From NCBI GenBank assembly GCA_017609645.1, contig JAFCDQ010000002.1:1260-65259 (forward strand): a DNA stretch of 64,000 bases, read 5' to 3'. Positions 10,688 through 20,135 of this stretch are shown piece by piece. The notes below the pieces were generated by a model that saw only the letters and a list, made by a program, of their open reading frames with translations, had not been told where the DNA came from and did no database searches. This DNA is from Candidatus Woesearchaeota archaeon (lineage in GTDB: Archaea; Nanobdellota; Nanobdellia; Woesearchaeales; ARS49). The position numbers and the translations under genes were made by a program. Each line of letters opens with the position of its first letter. Within the stretch, counting starts at the first letter, position 1.

Positions 10688-10726
10688 ACACCACTAGAAA
10701 ATAACAAATAGTATTTAAATTTTTCG

Positions 10727-13162
10727 TCAATTTCCGCCAAAACTGGCCAAAGTGCTTTGTTCGCCTTCTTTGCTAACAATCTCCTTAATATTGTAGCCAA
10801 GCACAGCAAAGATGCGGTCAACACCAGGAATTATCTGATGATTAATATAATACTCAGGATCATAATCTTTTTTAGTAATTTCATCAGGAAGTTTTGCTTT
10901 ATCTCTGACTAAACCTTTTCCTTTTGTAACAACAAACTTAATCACCATTCCTGGAAAAACATCCAAACCTTTATTTTTCATCCTTTGAGCAGCAGCAACA
11001 TGAGGACCTTTAGTCTCATACTCCTCAATCTCTTTTGTAAGCTGAGTGTGAATTATAACTTTATCTAAAGGAATCTTATGATCTCTTAAATCATTAATAA
11101 CACTTTTAGTGTAATTCTTAGCTTTTTCAATATTTTTTTCTTTCAAAACAATTTCTAAAATATTTTTCTGCATTTCTTTTGCGATAAAACTCCAATTTCT
11201 TCTAACGCTTTCAAAACCCCTGACTTTAATCTTGTTTTTCTCGTCAAGCATAGCATATTTCTTCTTAGCGCCACCTTCTCCACTTTTTACACTAACAAAA
11301 ATACCTGTCTTGTAAAAACTCTCAAAATCAAGCTCCATAAGTTCTGGAAGTTCTTTATTAATCTCCTCAGCAAACTTCAAAGCATCATCTTTATTCTTAT
11401 CTTTAAGCAGCAAGAAAACACTATCAGTATCAGAATATAAAACAGTAAAATCTTTTTCTTTAGCAGCGTCAATAACTTTATGAATATACTCTCTCGCCCA
11501 AGCAGTTGTGCTTTCAGCACATTCAATACAATACCATCTTGCAGATGAGAAAGCAAGATAACCGTAAAAAGAATTAGCTAACAATTTCAATGCCTGACTT
11601 CTTGCCTTAAGCAAAGGATCCTGCTTTTCTTTCATAATTTCTTTAACCCTTGCCCTTCTTGTAATCAAATCCTCAATAATTCTGCTAAGAAAACCTTTTT
11701 TCTTCTTGCAATACCAAAAAGTTCCTCTTTCTGTCTTAATCTCGTTTTCTCCACGACAACAATCACAATTCAAAGTGCCAATACTCAAATTATGAGAAGC
11801 AATAATAGTAGGATACAAACTTCTAAAATCAAAAACAGAAATATTATCATACAAACCAGGCTTTGGCTCAAAAACAAAAGCACCTTTGATCCTGTCACTT
11901 AATCTTTGCTGCCTAATATAATACCCAGGCTTATTAGGAATAATCTGATTAGCAGATTTAGCTTGTTTAATACAATACCATTCAACAAACTGAGAAAAAC
12001 TCATGCGATTAATATCAAACAAAGACAAACCAATGATTTTAATGAACTCAATCAAATTAGGAAAAATCTTTTCTAATAACCTGTAATTTAAAGCAGCATC
12101 ATGAAGATTATATTTTGCAAATTCACTTAACTTATCATCAGTATCATCCCAATGTTTTGCCAAAGAACTTATATCAACATCAATTTTCTTCTCACCAAGA
12201 AGCTCTTCTGAAACAGCATCTAAAGTGAAAACATCAGTATCTAATGCTGTGCTGAAAACTCTTCTAATAAACCTATAAACATCAATATGAACAATTCCCT
12301 TTATTGAAGATTTAGTTGTTCCTCTTTGATTAATATCTAACTCGCTGAAGTCTAATCCTAAATCAATCTTGAGTTTGTATTTCTTAGCTCTTGTTTTAAT
12401 ATAAGGCAGATCAAAGCCATCCGAATTATAACCAGTAATAATATCTGGCTTGAATTCTTCAATAATTTCTTTAAAACGCTCAATCATATCTGCTTCACTC
12501 TGCACAAATTCAACATAAGGCTCATTTGTCTTGAATCTTTTCCAGGTAAGGACTTTTTTGTAACCTTCTGAATAAAGAGCAATCATAATCATAGGATACT
12601 TCTCCATATCAATATGCCTGCCCAGAGGATTATAAACCTCAATATCAATTGAAAGGATTTTTGGCTTAGGCGCTTCTTCAATTTGCTCAATTGTTTTAGC
12701 ATCAAAAACAGGAACTTTACTTTTTTCTATAACTTTTTCACATTCAACCCTGCAAAGATTAAAAGGAATAATATCTTTATCAATCAAATACCTTCTTGCA
12801 AATAAGATATCATATTCATAAACACCCTTAACTTCAGGAATATTTCTTACAATGCTCTTCAAGATAGGAACACCTTTAGGAAGATTTGTGAAAACTTTGT
12901 AAGCTTTAATTGGCTTTTCTTCAAGATTTTTCTTGATTTCTTCAATATTAACAATTCTTAAGATTTCATTATTTTTCTGAGTTTCAACCTCTTTGATTTT
13001 CTCCAAAGCAGATGGTTCGCAAACAACAATAAAATAAGGCTGAAAATTCTTGTCCCTAATACATACCTGCTCTCCTGATTTAGTCCTGCCATATAAATAG
13101 ATAATAGCTTTGCCAGCTACTTCTTTATACGTAATATCCAAAGGAAAAAATTCTATCAGCAT
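10727..13162 (-). CDS. polB: Family B DNA polymerase
   Basis: 811 aa. Exo I LSIDIEV, motif A DFRSLYPTII, motif B KLLANSFYGYLAF, motif C YSDTDSVF. No intein insertion is apparent. Confidence 0.9.
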   Translation of the reverse strand: MLIEFFPLDITYKEVAGKAIIYLYGRTKSGEQVCIRDKNFQPYFIVVCEPSALEKIKEVETQKNNEILRIVNIEEIKKNLEEKPIKAYKVFTNLPKGVPILKSIVRNIPEVKGVYEYDILFARRYLIDKDIIPFNLCRVECEKVIEKSKVPVFDAKTIEQIEEAPKPKILSIDIEVYNPLGRHIDMEKYPMIMIALYSEGYKKVLTWKRFKTNEPYVEFVQSEADMIERFKEIIEEFKPDIITGYNSDGFDLPYIKTRAKKYKLKIDLGLDFSELDINQRGTTKSSIKGIVHIDVYRFIRRVFSTALDTDVFTLDAVSEELLGEKKIDVDISSLAKHWDDTDDKLSEFAKYNLHDAALNYRLLEKIFPNLIEFIKIIGLSLFDINRMSFSQFVEWYCIKQAKSANQIIPNKPGYYIRQQRLSDRIKGAFVFEPKPGLYDNISVFDFRSLYPTIIASHNLSIGTLNCDCCRGENEIKTERGTFWYCKKKKGFLSRIIEDLITRRARVKEIMKEKQDPLLKARSQALKLLANSFYGYLAFSSARWYCIECAESTTAWAREYIHKVIDAAKEKDFTVLYSDTDSVFLLLKDKNKDDALKFAEEINKELPELMELDFESFYKTGIFVSVKSGEGGAKKKYAMLDEKNKIKVRGFESVRRNWSFIAKEMQKNILEIVLKEKNIEKAKNYTKSVINDLRDHKIPLDKVIIHTQLTKEIEEYETKGPHVAAAQRMKNKGLDVFPGMVIKFVVTKGKGLVRDKAKLPDEITKKDYDPEYYINHQIIPGVDRIFAVLGYNIKEIVSKEGEQSTLASFGGN

Positions 13163-13296
13163 ATTCGGCGTAACTATTCTCTAGTATAAAAAAGTTGTTT
13201 TAAGAATCTAGTGTCTTTTCTACTTCAAAGTATTCAAACAAAATATATAAATGATTACCATTTCTATTGTTATTGCGTCTAAAAAAGGGGAATATT

Positions 13297-13428
13297 TTGG
13301 AAGATAATACTAAATTAGTCAAGAGATGTCCTAAATGCGGTGAAATATCACTAGAAATTAACTTAAAAAAAGGAATAGTAAGATGCACAAAATGCGGGTA
13401 TGAGGTAAAACTAGCAAAATGGAAATGA
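13297..13428 (+). CDS. Small CPxCG zinc-ribbon protein (43 aa, TTG start)
   Basis: Hand-found ORF ...KRCPKCGEISLEINLKKGIVRCTKCGYEVKLAKWK. AAGGGG lies 6 nt upstream of TTG 13297. TATA AAATATATAA at 13241-13250. Its stop overlaps the start of the NYN gene. Below the ORF-track size cutoff. Confidence 0.4.
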   Translation: MEDNTKLVKRCPKCGEISLEINLKKGIVRCTKCGYEVKLAKWK

Positions 13429-13952
13429 CAAAATCAAAAGCACAAAGAGTCAGCGTATTTGTTGATGTACAAAACCTATATTATTCAGCAAGAGCTTTAC
13501 ACAATGCAAGAGTAAATTTCAAAAATGTACTGCAAGACGCAGTAGTAGGCAGATTATTGATAAGAGCAAGCGCATATGTAATAAGAACTGAAGAAATGAA
13601 AAGAGAGCCATTCTTTGAAGCATTAAATAAAATGGGATATGAAATAAAAGCAAAAGACCTGCAAATATTTGCAGGAGGCGCAAAAAAAGGAGATTGGGAC
13701 GTAGGAATTGCAATGGATGCAATAGAACAGGCGCCAAAGATAGATACTATTGTATTAATCAGCGGAGATGGCGACTTTGTTCCCCTTGTTGAACATTTAA
13801 GAAGAGCTATGGGCTGCAGAGTAGAAGTCATGGCATTTGAAAAAAGCACAAATAAACAATTAAAAGAGACAGCAGATTCTTTTATTGACTTAGGAAAAAA
13901 TACCAAAAGATACTTAATCAAAAAAACAGTAAAAAAGGTGAGCAAAAAATGA
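13419..13952 (+). CDS. NYN/LabA-like (DUF88) nuclease-domain protein
   Basis: 177 aa with VFVDVQNLYYSA...GDWDVGIAMDAIE...LISGDGDFVPLVEHL, typical of the LabA/NYN fold. Confidence 0.8.
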   Translation: MEMTKSKAQRVSVFVDVQNLYYSARALHNARVNFKNVLQDAVVGRLLIRASAYVIRTEEMKREPFFEALNKMGYEIKAKDLQIFAGGAKKGDWDVGIAMDAIEQAPKIDTIVLISGDGDFVPLVEHLRRAMGCRVEVMAFEKSTNKQLKETADSFIDLGKNTKRYLIKKTVKKVSKK

Positions 13953-14263
13953 TAGAAGTAAAGCAAGATGAATTTGACGAAAAAGTGCTGAAAAGCAAAA
14001 AACCAGTATTAGTTGATTTCTGGGCTCCATGGTGCGGACCATGCCAAATGCTAGGACCAATCTTAGATAAAGTTGAAAAAGAATTCAAAGGCAAATTAAA
14101 ATTCATGAAACTAAATGTAGAAGAAGCTCCAACAGTAGGGCAAGAATTTGGAATAATGAGCATACCCTGCATGATAATCTTCAAAAATGGAGAAGAAGAA
14201 GGACGAATCGCAGGATTAATTCCAGAAGATTTATTGAAGAAAAGAATAAAAGAAATAATATGA
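13949..14263 (+). CDS. trxA: Thioredoxin
   Basis: 104 aa with the WCGPC active site. AGGTGA SD. Start overlaps the stop of the NYN gene. Confidence 0.9.
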   Translation: MIEVKQDEFDEKVLKSKKPVLVDFWAPWCGPCQMLGPILDKVEKEFKGKLKFMKLNVEEAPTVGQEFGIMSIPCMIIFKNGEEEGRIAGLIPEDLLKKRIKEII

Positions 14264-14883
14264 TAGTTGTAAATTTCAAAACTTACAAAAAAGGAACAGG
14301 CAAAGAAGGTTTGAAATTAGCAAAAATTTGTTCTAAACTTTCTAAAAGAATTTATTTAGCAGTGCAGGAAAGTGATATTCGTCTGATCTCAAAAGTTAAA
14401 GGAGTTAGTGTTCTTGCACAGCACATAGACGCTGTCGAGTATGGAGCACATACTGGTTCTATTTTAGCTGAAGATGTTAAGAAAGCAGGTGGTCGCGGGA
14501 GTTTGTTAAATCATTCTGAAAAAAGAATTCCGTTTAATAAAATTAAGTTTTGTGTTAAAAAATTAAGAAAATTAAAAATGAAAAGCATAGTTTGTGTCAA
14601 AAGTGTTTTAGAAGCAAAAAAAGTTGCTAAATTAAAACCAGATTATATTGCATATGAACCATCTTCATTAATAGGCGGGAAGATTTCTGTTAGTTCTGCA
14701 AAACCAGATGTAATAAAGAAAGTTGTTAAGGCTGTTAGAATTCCTGTATTAGTTGGAGCAGGAGTACATACAAAAGAAGATGTTTTAATTGCAAAGAAAT
14801 TAGGCGCAAAAGGAATATTAGTGAGTTCTGCTGTTGTAAAGGCAAAGAATCCTGGGAAAGTTTTGAGAGAATTAATAAAATAA
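14260..14883 (+). CDS. tpiA: Triosephosphate isomerase (archaeal short type)
   Basis: 207 aa: VNFKTYKKGTG...GAHTGSI...LLNHSE...VLVGAGV. ATGA start/stop overlap with trx. Confidence 0.8.
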   Translation: MIVVNFKTYKKGTGKEGLKLAKICSKLSKRIYLAVQESDIRLISKVKGVSVLAQHIDAVEYGAHTGSILAEDVKKAGGRGSLLNHSEKRIPFNKIKFCVKKLRKLKMKSIVCVKSVLEAKKVAKLKPDYIAYEPSSLIGGKISVSSAKPDVIKKVVKAVRIPVLVGAGVHTKEDVLIAKKLGAKGILVSSAVVKAKNPGKVLRELIK

Positions 14884-15006
14884 TTTCTTAATTCATCATT
14901 TTCTAAAAATAATTTATTTTGACTGGGAAAAACTTCTAATTCTGTTGAAAGATTTTCAATTTTAAAAAGTAAATCACATAAAGGATAAAAATAAAGAAAT
15001 ATATGT

Positions 15007-15112
15007 GCCTGTGTCGCTCAACTGGTAGAGCGGTGGACTCAAGGTCCTTTCAGTGGGAAATCCACTGACTGTCTGCCCGGCAGTCTTCAGGGTTCGAATC
15101 CCTGCACAGGCG
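15007..15112 (+). tRNA. tRNA-Leu(CAA) with ~16-nt intron at the canonical 37/38 position
   Basis: Hand-folded. Acceptor GCCTGTG/CACAGGC, D-stem GCTC/GAGC, anticodon stem GTGGA/TCCAC, loop CTCAAG with the intron 15044-15059, long variable arm GACTG...CAGTC, T-arm CAGGG TTCGAAT CCCTG. CCA is not encoded. TATA-like AAAGGATAAAAATAAAG lies ~25 nt upstream. Confidence 0.8.
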
Positions 15113-15198
15113 ACATAAATATCTTTAATTATAAAAAACTTCTGACTTCTTTTTTAACCACTTTTGCGTGAGTAAAAAATAGAAAAGTTTATAAATAA

Positions 15199-16149
15199 AT
15201 GATTCTTATCATAATTAAAATGGAAGAATTAGAAATATTACTAGAAAAAGAACAAGGTGAATTAGCTTATGCTGATTTTGATTATCTAAAAGAAATTTCA
15301 ATAAAAGCTGCTATGCAGATTTACTTTAACGCAAGCAGAGAACAAAGAAAAAAAGAAGATATTTCAGGATTCTGCGGACCTTATTATTTTGAAATGAGAT
15401 TTTCTCAAGATGAAAATGATGAAAAAGATTATATTGTATTTGGCTTTGGCACACTTAAAGACCAAAATTTTATTGAATCAGAACTAACTGATTTAGTAAT
15501 AAATGGGAATTTTTTCAGAAAGAAAAAAGAAAATACTCTCTCACGAAAACCCGCTTCTTATTATATTTTTAAAACACCAATTGAAAATGACATCCAAGAA
15601 AATACAATTAATATATTCAGAATACTAAAAAATGTATTAGATTATAGAGGATTAGACACAGTCACCGAAGTGCGACCTTCTAAGGAGTTATCTAAAAATA
15701 TAGATGAAAAAGAAGAAAATAATGAAACGCCAGAAGATAATGGAACACCAAATTATCAAAGTATAATTGAAGAAATTGCTAAAGATCTTCCAAAATTATT
15801 TCCTGAGAAAAAAGGAATGGACTATGATGAAAAATTAGAAAAACAATATGGAGATTATTTTTTCAGCATAATCAGAAGCAAAGGGAAAAGACTAACCATA
15901 GGCGGTTCTAAAGATTTTGGATATGCTTTTGGTGTTGGACCAAAAGAACACTTTTATGAAATTAAAGAAGCAACAAATGAATTTGCATTTTTTGATAAAT
16001 GTAGAGAAAACAATAAAACAAGAGAATTTAGCAAAGGTTATGTGCATTTAGTCAGAAAAGGCGGATCATTTTTCGCAGATGCTAGAGACTATATAATTGA
16101 AGATCTTACAAAAATATTAAAAAAGAATTCTTTAAAGAAAAAGAACTAA
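15199..16149 (+). CDS. Hypothetical protein
   Basis: 316-aa ORF with no recognisable motif. Starts at 15199 (ATGATTCTT). Confidence 0.5.
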   Translation: MILIIIKMEELEILLEKEQGELAYADFDYLKEISIKAAMQIYFNASREQRKKEDISGFCGPYYFEMRFSQDENDEKDYIVFGFGTLKDQNFIESELTDLVINGNFFRKKKENTLSRKPASYYIFKTPIENDIQENTINIFRILKNVLDYRGLDTVTEVRPSKELSKNIDEKEENNETPEDNGTPNYQSIIEEIAKDLPKLFPEKKGMDYDEKLEKQYGDYFFSIIRSKGKRLTIGGSKDFGYAFGVGPKEHFYEIKEATNEFAFFDKCRENNKTREFSKGYVHLVRKGGSFFADARDYIIEDLTKILKKNSLKKKN

Positions 16150-16739
16150 ACAACCTGAACAACAACTTGATAAATTCTCTTTGTGTACATACTGTCTATA
16201 TTATCTTTAGTGCACTCATCTGGCTGTTCGTCTGCAAAGATACAAACATTAAACACATAATCTCCTTTCTCAGCAATTCCTGCGCCTGTATCAGCATAAG
16301 CAACAATAGTCACAGGAACAAGCTTATATTCATATTTTTTCAAATAAAAAGAAGGCAAAGTTTTGAAATTGCCAAGCCAATTTCTCTCTAATAACTCTTT
16401 ATCAAAAGTCATGGGTTCGCCGTCAGGATAATAAGCACCATCAAAACTAAGCACAGCACTAAAATCACGTTCATCATAAATATTTTTCACGCCCATTCCA
16501 AACGTAACAGCATCTCCCATTTTTGTTTTGCGAACATTAAAAGGAATAGAAACAAGCTCATTTGTACGCATCATAGCAGATTCAATCTGAGATTTAGTTT
16601 TCAAGTCAATTTGAGACTTAATTTCTTCTGCTCCTCCAAAAATCTTGAAAACAATACTTAAAGCAAAAATAAAAACAAGAACTCCAAGAATAATCAAAAC
16701 AATAGTTCCGACAGCAACTTCAAAACCTTTCTTGTTCAT
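16146..16739 (-). CDS. Archaeal type IV pilin-like protein (class III signal peptide)
   Basis: 197 aa. N-terminus MNKKGFEVAVGTIVLIILGVLVF has the basic-residue/G/hydrophobic pattern of archaeal prepilin signals. Its start overlaps the stop of the upstream small membrane gene. Confidence 0.55.
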   Translation of the reverse strand: MNKKGFEVAVGTIVLIILGVLVFIFALSIVFKIFGGAEEIKSQIDLKTKSQIESAMMRTNELVSIPFNVRKTKMGDAVTFGMGVKNIYDERDFSAVLSFDGAYYPDGEPMTFDKELLERNWLGNFKTLPSFYLKKYEYKLVPVTIVAYADTGAGIAEKGDYVFNVCIFADEQPDECTKDNIDSMYTKRIYQVVVQVV

Positions 16740-16963
16740 CTTATCCGCTCAAACTCTTTGATAAGAATCCATGCAAACACAACCATCACTAATGACCCTG
16801 CGAGAATAAACCAAAAACCACTGTTAAAACTCTTTGTGATGCTGAAATAAATACCAATCAACAAAAGCAAAGTTGCAAGCCAAAGAAACTTGTCAAAAAC
16901 AAGTTTCATAACTTCAAACTCTTCTGAATGAGTTAAAGTCCTTTTCTTCGGTTTTCTTGCCAT
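16736..16963 (-). CDS. Small two-TM membrane protein
   Basis: 75-aa ORF inside the pilin operon, with overlapping stop/start codons. Confidence 0.45.
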   Translation of the reverse strand: MARKPKKRTLTHSEEFEVMKLVFDKFLWLATLLLLIGIYFSITKSFNSGFWFILAGSLVMVVFAWILIKEFERIR

Positions 16964-16964
16964 T

Positions 16965-17588
16965 TTATTTTACAGATACGGTAAATGATTTACTTGCATA
17001 AGGTCTTTCAGTAGGTCCTTCTTGATTACTACAGTCATTTTTATTTACATCATTGTAAACATTAATCTCCATTGAATACCTATCTGGCTGAGCTTCTCTA
17101 ACAAGCATAGTTGCAGGGAAAACTTCTGCATCAAAATTCTTAACATCAAATTCAGACAATAAACTAGAGAACCAATTATATGTCATTTCTTCACCGCCAG
17201 GAATTCCGCCGCCAACAAGAACATTCTGAGCCTCGCCAGGACAGCTGTTTTCAGGATTAAAAGCTCTTAAACAACGCACCTCAATCCAGAAACAAACTCT
17301 ATCCCCTCCTGCTGCATTCCTCAGCGTATTCTTAACACCAATCAGCAGATCTTGAGGTTTACCAATGTTAACTTCTGTTTCAGGCATATTCCAAACAAGC
17401 AGTTCACCAGAAGTTCTGATATCTTCTTTCATCTGTTCTTTAATCTCTGTTAACTTTCCGCCAACAAGCTCTGTACCTGTAGTAAATTGTTTCTTAATAA
17501 AACCAATTCCTAATCCCAGAATTGTAATAGCAATAATTAGAATCACAATAGCAGTAATAGACAGCTCTAAAGCTCCTTTTTTACTCAT
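16965..17588 (-). CDS. Archaeal type IV pilin-like protein (class III signal peptide)
   Basis: The ORF-track start at 17615 is TTG. ATG 17588 has GAGGTG 6 nt upstream and gives MSKKGALELSITAIVILIIAITILGLG, a class III signal. Confidence 0.55.
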   Translation of the reverse strand: MSKKGALELSITAIVILIIAITILGLGIGFIKKQFTTGTELVGGKLTEIKEQMKEDIRTSGELLVWNMPETEVNIGKPQDLLIGVKNTLRNAAGGDRVCFWIEVRCLRAFNPENSCPGEAQNVLVGGGIPGGEEMTYNWFSSLLSEFDVKNFDAEVFPATMLVREAQPDRYSMEINVYNDVNKNDCSNQEGPTERPYASKSFTVSVK

Positions 17589-17634
17589 GATTACACCTCT
17601 TTTTGTTTTCTTCAAAAAGAGACCAGAGAAAATT

Positions 17635-17877
17635 TCATTTTCTCGCTGCCTCTTTTAATACGTTATTCTCTTGTTTAATTTTCTCATTTATAAAGGTTTC
17701 TTCACTTTCAGGCGGTTCGAACTCACTAAACAAATCACTAAAATCAGGCTCTAACTCAGGCTGCTTAATTGCCTGCGCAATACTATGATCCGGCTTGAAA
17801 GCAACAATCATCAATAAACCTAGAACAATACTAATAAAAACTAACCACGTCATAAATTTTTTATCTGAAATCTTCAT
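17635..17877 (-). CDS. Small membrane-anchored protein
   Basis: 80 aa with one TM helix and an acidic C-terminus. Start overlaps the stop of the upstream 60-aa ORF. Confidence 0.4.
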   Translation of the reverse strand: MKISDKKFMTWLVFISIVLGLLMIVAFKPDHSIAQAIKQPELEPDFSDLFSEFEPPESEETFINEKIKQENNVLKEAARK

Positions 17878-18056
17878 TTTCTATAAGGCTTCTTAATAAT
17901 AATAACTCCTGCAATAACAACACAAAGTAAACCATAAAAAATCAAAAGCCAAGGCTCATTTTTTGTGAATGTTGTCAACCAATTATAAATCGCAGGAACC
18001 ATCAGCACTATTCCGGCAATTAACAAAAGCCAAGCACTTGTTTTGAGTAATTCCAT
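17874..18056 (-). CDS. Small two-TM membrane protein
   Basis: 60-aa ORF. First gene of the co-directional pilin-like operon. Confidence 0.4.
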   Translation of the reverse strand: MELLKTSAWLLLIAGIVLMVPAIYNWLTTFTKNEPWLLIFYGLLCVVIAGVIIIKKPYRK

Positions 18057-18133
18057 AAGAGAAAGATAGATTCAGACCTTTTTATTAGTTTGTAAGTACT
18101 TGACGTATTTCTTCAAGTTCTTTGACATATTTT

Positions 18134-19108
18134 TCATCTTAACATTTGTTCTAATCCTTGTCGTCCTCTTTTAAGCCAGTATTCATTTTCTTCTGTAGTG
18201 TTATTTTGTGCTCCTTTTTCATAGCTTGAGCATAGAACATGCATGGCATGTGCTATCTTTATGTATATTGGTAAAGCTTTTAATTCTCTATCAGTCAACT
18301 GAATTCTTTTTTGATATTCTTCTAAACCTACATCGAGATTTCTTTGGCTTTCAGTTTGGCTTTCAGCATTAAATAATACATCAGAGGCTAATACTGCCAA
18401 TTCCTGAATACGTGGATAATAGTTTGATACTGCAAAATCTATTATCCAAAGTTTGTCATTTTCATCTTTCATCAAATTTGTACTTATGATATCGCCATGT
18501 ACAAAAGAATGAGGCAATTCGTGAATTTTAAGTTTATCAAATTCTTCTAATAAGGGGCGTATTACTTTCTCGTCTTCTGGCGAAAGGTATTTGCTTTTCT
18601 TTTGAAATTCAGCAGGAAAATTTGTTATGGCCCAACTATCATATACTGGCTTAGGTTTAATGTCAATTGAATTTATCAATGAAGCTTGGCTTGCTATGTA
18701 TCTGATTTCATCACGGTTAGGATATTCTCCCCGTCCATAGAAAGTATTTCCATCAACAAATTCCATAACACATAATCTTAATTTCGTATGGTTTACTTCT
18801 AAAGTATGAAGATGGCCTTGTTTAGACTTTAATAGTGAAGGAGTCGCAACTCCTGCTTCCTTTGCCCTTTCCATAACATCTACATATCTTTTACAATCAT
18901 TTAAGTCTCTAAAATTCGAGAACACCTTCACAAAATACTTGCCATTGCTTGTTTGTAAACAAAAATTGAAGTCTTCATAACCAAGAGTTATTAAATCATT
19001 TGATAAAAAGTTTCCAAGACTGAAATCCTTGCAAATAACAGAGGATACATCATCTAACTTACCTTTATATCCTATCCGACGCTTATAATGTTCTTCCATG
19101 CCCGTCAT
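18134..19108 (-). CDS. Phosphotransferase-family kinase (APH/ChoK-like fold)
   Basis: The ORF-track start 19195 is TTG. ATG 19108 (MTGMEEHYKRR) has GGAG 9 nt upstream. Catalytic motifs HGDIISTNLM (HGDxxxxN) and WIIDFA (DF[GA]). Confidence 0.6.
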   Translation of the reverse strand: MTGMEEHYKRRIGYKGKLDDVSSVICKDFSLGNFLSNDLITLGYEDFNFCLQTSNGKYFVKVFSNFRDLNDCKRYVDVMERAKEAGVATPSLLKSKQGHLHTLEVNHTKLRLCVMEFVDGNTFYGRGEYPNRDEIRYIASQASLINSIDIKPKPVYDSWAITNFPAEFQKKSKYLSPEDEKVIRPLLEEFDKLKIHELPHSFVHGDIISTNLMKDENDKLWIIDFAVSNYYPRIQELAVLASDVLFNAESQTESQRNLDVGLEEYQKRIQLTDRELKALPIYIKIAHAMHVLCSSYEKGAQNNTTEENEYWLKRGRQGLEQMLR

Positions 19109-19216
19109 CCATATTCTCCAGTATATAAATTTAAGGCCTGACCATAGGACATTTTCTGTTTTAAACTGAAAAAGGAAGAAAACTTTATAAAGCAAAAGCT
19201 GAAAATTAATCTAATC

Positions 19217-19747
19217 ATGGCAAGAATCAGAAAATTTGTGGCATATAGAAGAATTGATAAAAAACCTTATACTCGATATTCAAAATATAAGAAATACTCT
19301 TTCATCAAAGCAAAGCCACATTGCAGAGTAGCAAGATTCAACACAGGAGATCCTAAAAAAAAGTTTGAGCTTGTTCTGCATTTACTTACAAAAGATAATG
19401 TTCAAATCAGAGATAATGCCTTAGAGGCAGCAAGAATCAGCTGCAATAGAACAATGGAAAAAGACCTTGGAAAAGGCGGCTTTTACCTAACAATGAGAGT
19501 TTATCCACATCATATTCTAAGAGAAAATCCATTAGCAGCAGGCGCAGGAGCAGATAGATTAAGTACAGGAATGGCGCACTCATTTGGAAAACCAATAGGA
19601 ATAGCAGTCAGAGCAAAACAAGGACAACCAATATTCTCATTAAGAACAGATAAAGTAAATACAAGATTAGCAAAAAGATCTCTAAAAAAAGCTAGTCAAA
19701 AACTGCCATGTAAATGCAGCATCAGTATTGAACCTTATGCTATCTAA
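19217..19747 (+). CDS. rpl10e: 50S ribosomal protein L10e (uL16)
   Basis: 176 aa: MARIRKFVAYRR...HCRVARFNTGD...GADRLSTGMAHSFGKP. Full-length L10e. Confidence 0.9.
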   Translation: MARIRKFVAYRRIDKKPYTRYSKYKKYSFIKAKPHCRVARFNTGDPKKKFELVLHLLTKDNVQIRDNALEAARISCNRTMEKDLGKGGFYLTMRVYPHHILRENPLAAGAGADRLSTGMAHSFGKPIGIAVRAKQGQPIFSLRTDKVNTRLAKRSLKKASQKLPCKCSISIEPYAI

Positions 19748-20021
19748 CTTTTTTGTAAATCCAACCAATTACTAAACCTAGCACTGCTCCGGATATAACT
19801 CCCCATACTAATCCTATAACAGCTCCTAAAATAGTAGGCGCTATTCCTGGATAAAAAGCAGCTAATGTTGCCAAAGAACGGTTGTTCCACCACAATACAT
19901 TAAATCCTAAAGCAGGAATTAATGCTGCAAGAAACAAATATGCACCGCAAATAATAGCAAAGGTCTTAGCTAATGGCCGTGGTTTAATACATAATTCAGT
20001 CTTCTTTTTTTTCTTTGCCAT
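19740..20021 (-). CDS. Small multi-TM membrane protein
   Basis: 93-aa ORF, hydrophobic with GxxxG-like repeats. Convergent with L10e and overlaps its end. Confidence 0.5.
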   Translation of the reverse strand: MAKKKKKTELCIKPRPLAKTFAIICGAYLFLAALIPALGFNVLWWNNRSLATLAAFYPGIAPTILGAVIGLVWGVISGAVLGLVIGWIYKKVR

Positions 20022-20135
20022 GAAAATATATTAGTTCTTTTATTATATATATTCATGGTATGAATTATCGTATTTTGACAAAACTTTTATATAAGACTTA
20101 AAGAAATTAATTTTAGAACTAAACGAGGTGTTAAA

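Noticed and set aside
13200-13388. Minus-strand 62-aa ORF and the ATG at 13251 upstream of the zinc-ribbon gene
   Set aside because: ATG 13251 lies inside the TATA box and is out of frame with the zinc-ribbon ORF (in-frame TGA at 13252-13254). The minus-strand ORF has no motif and overlaps the promoter.
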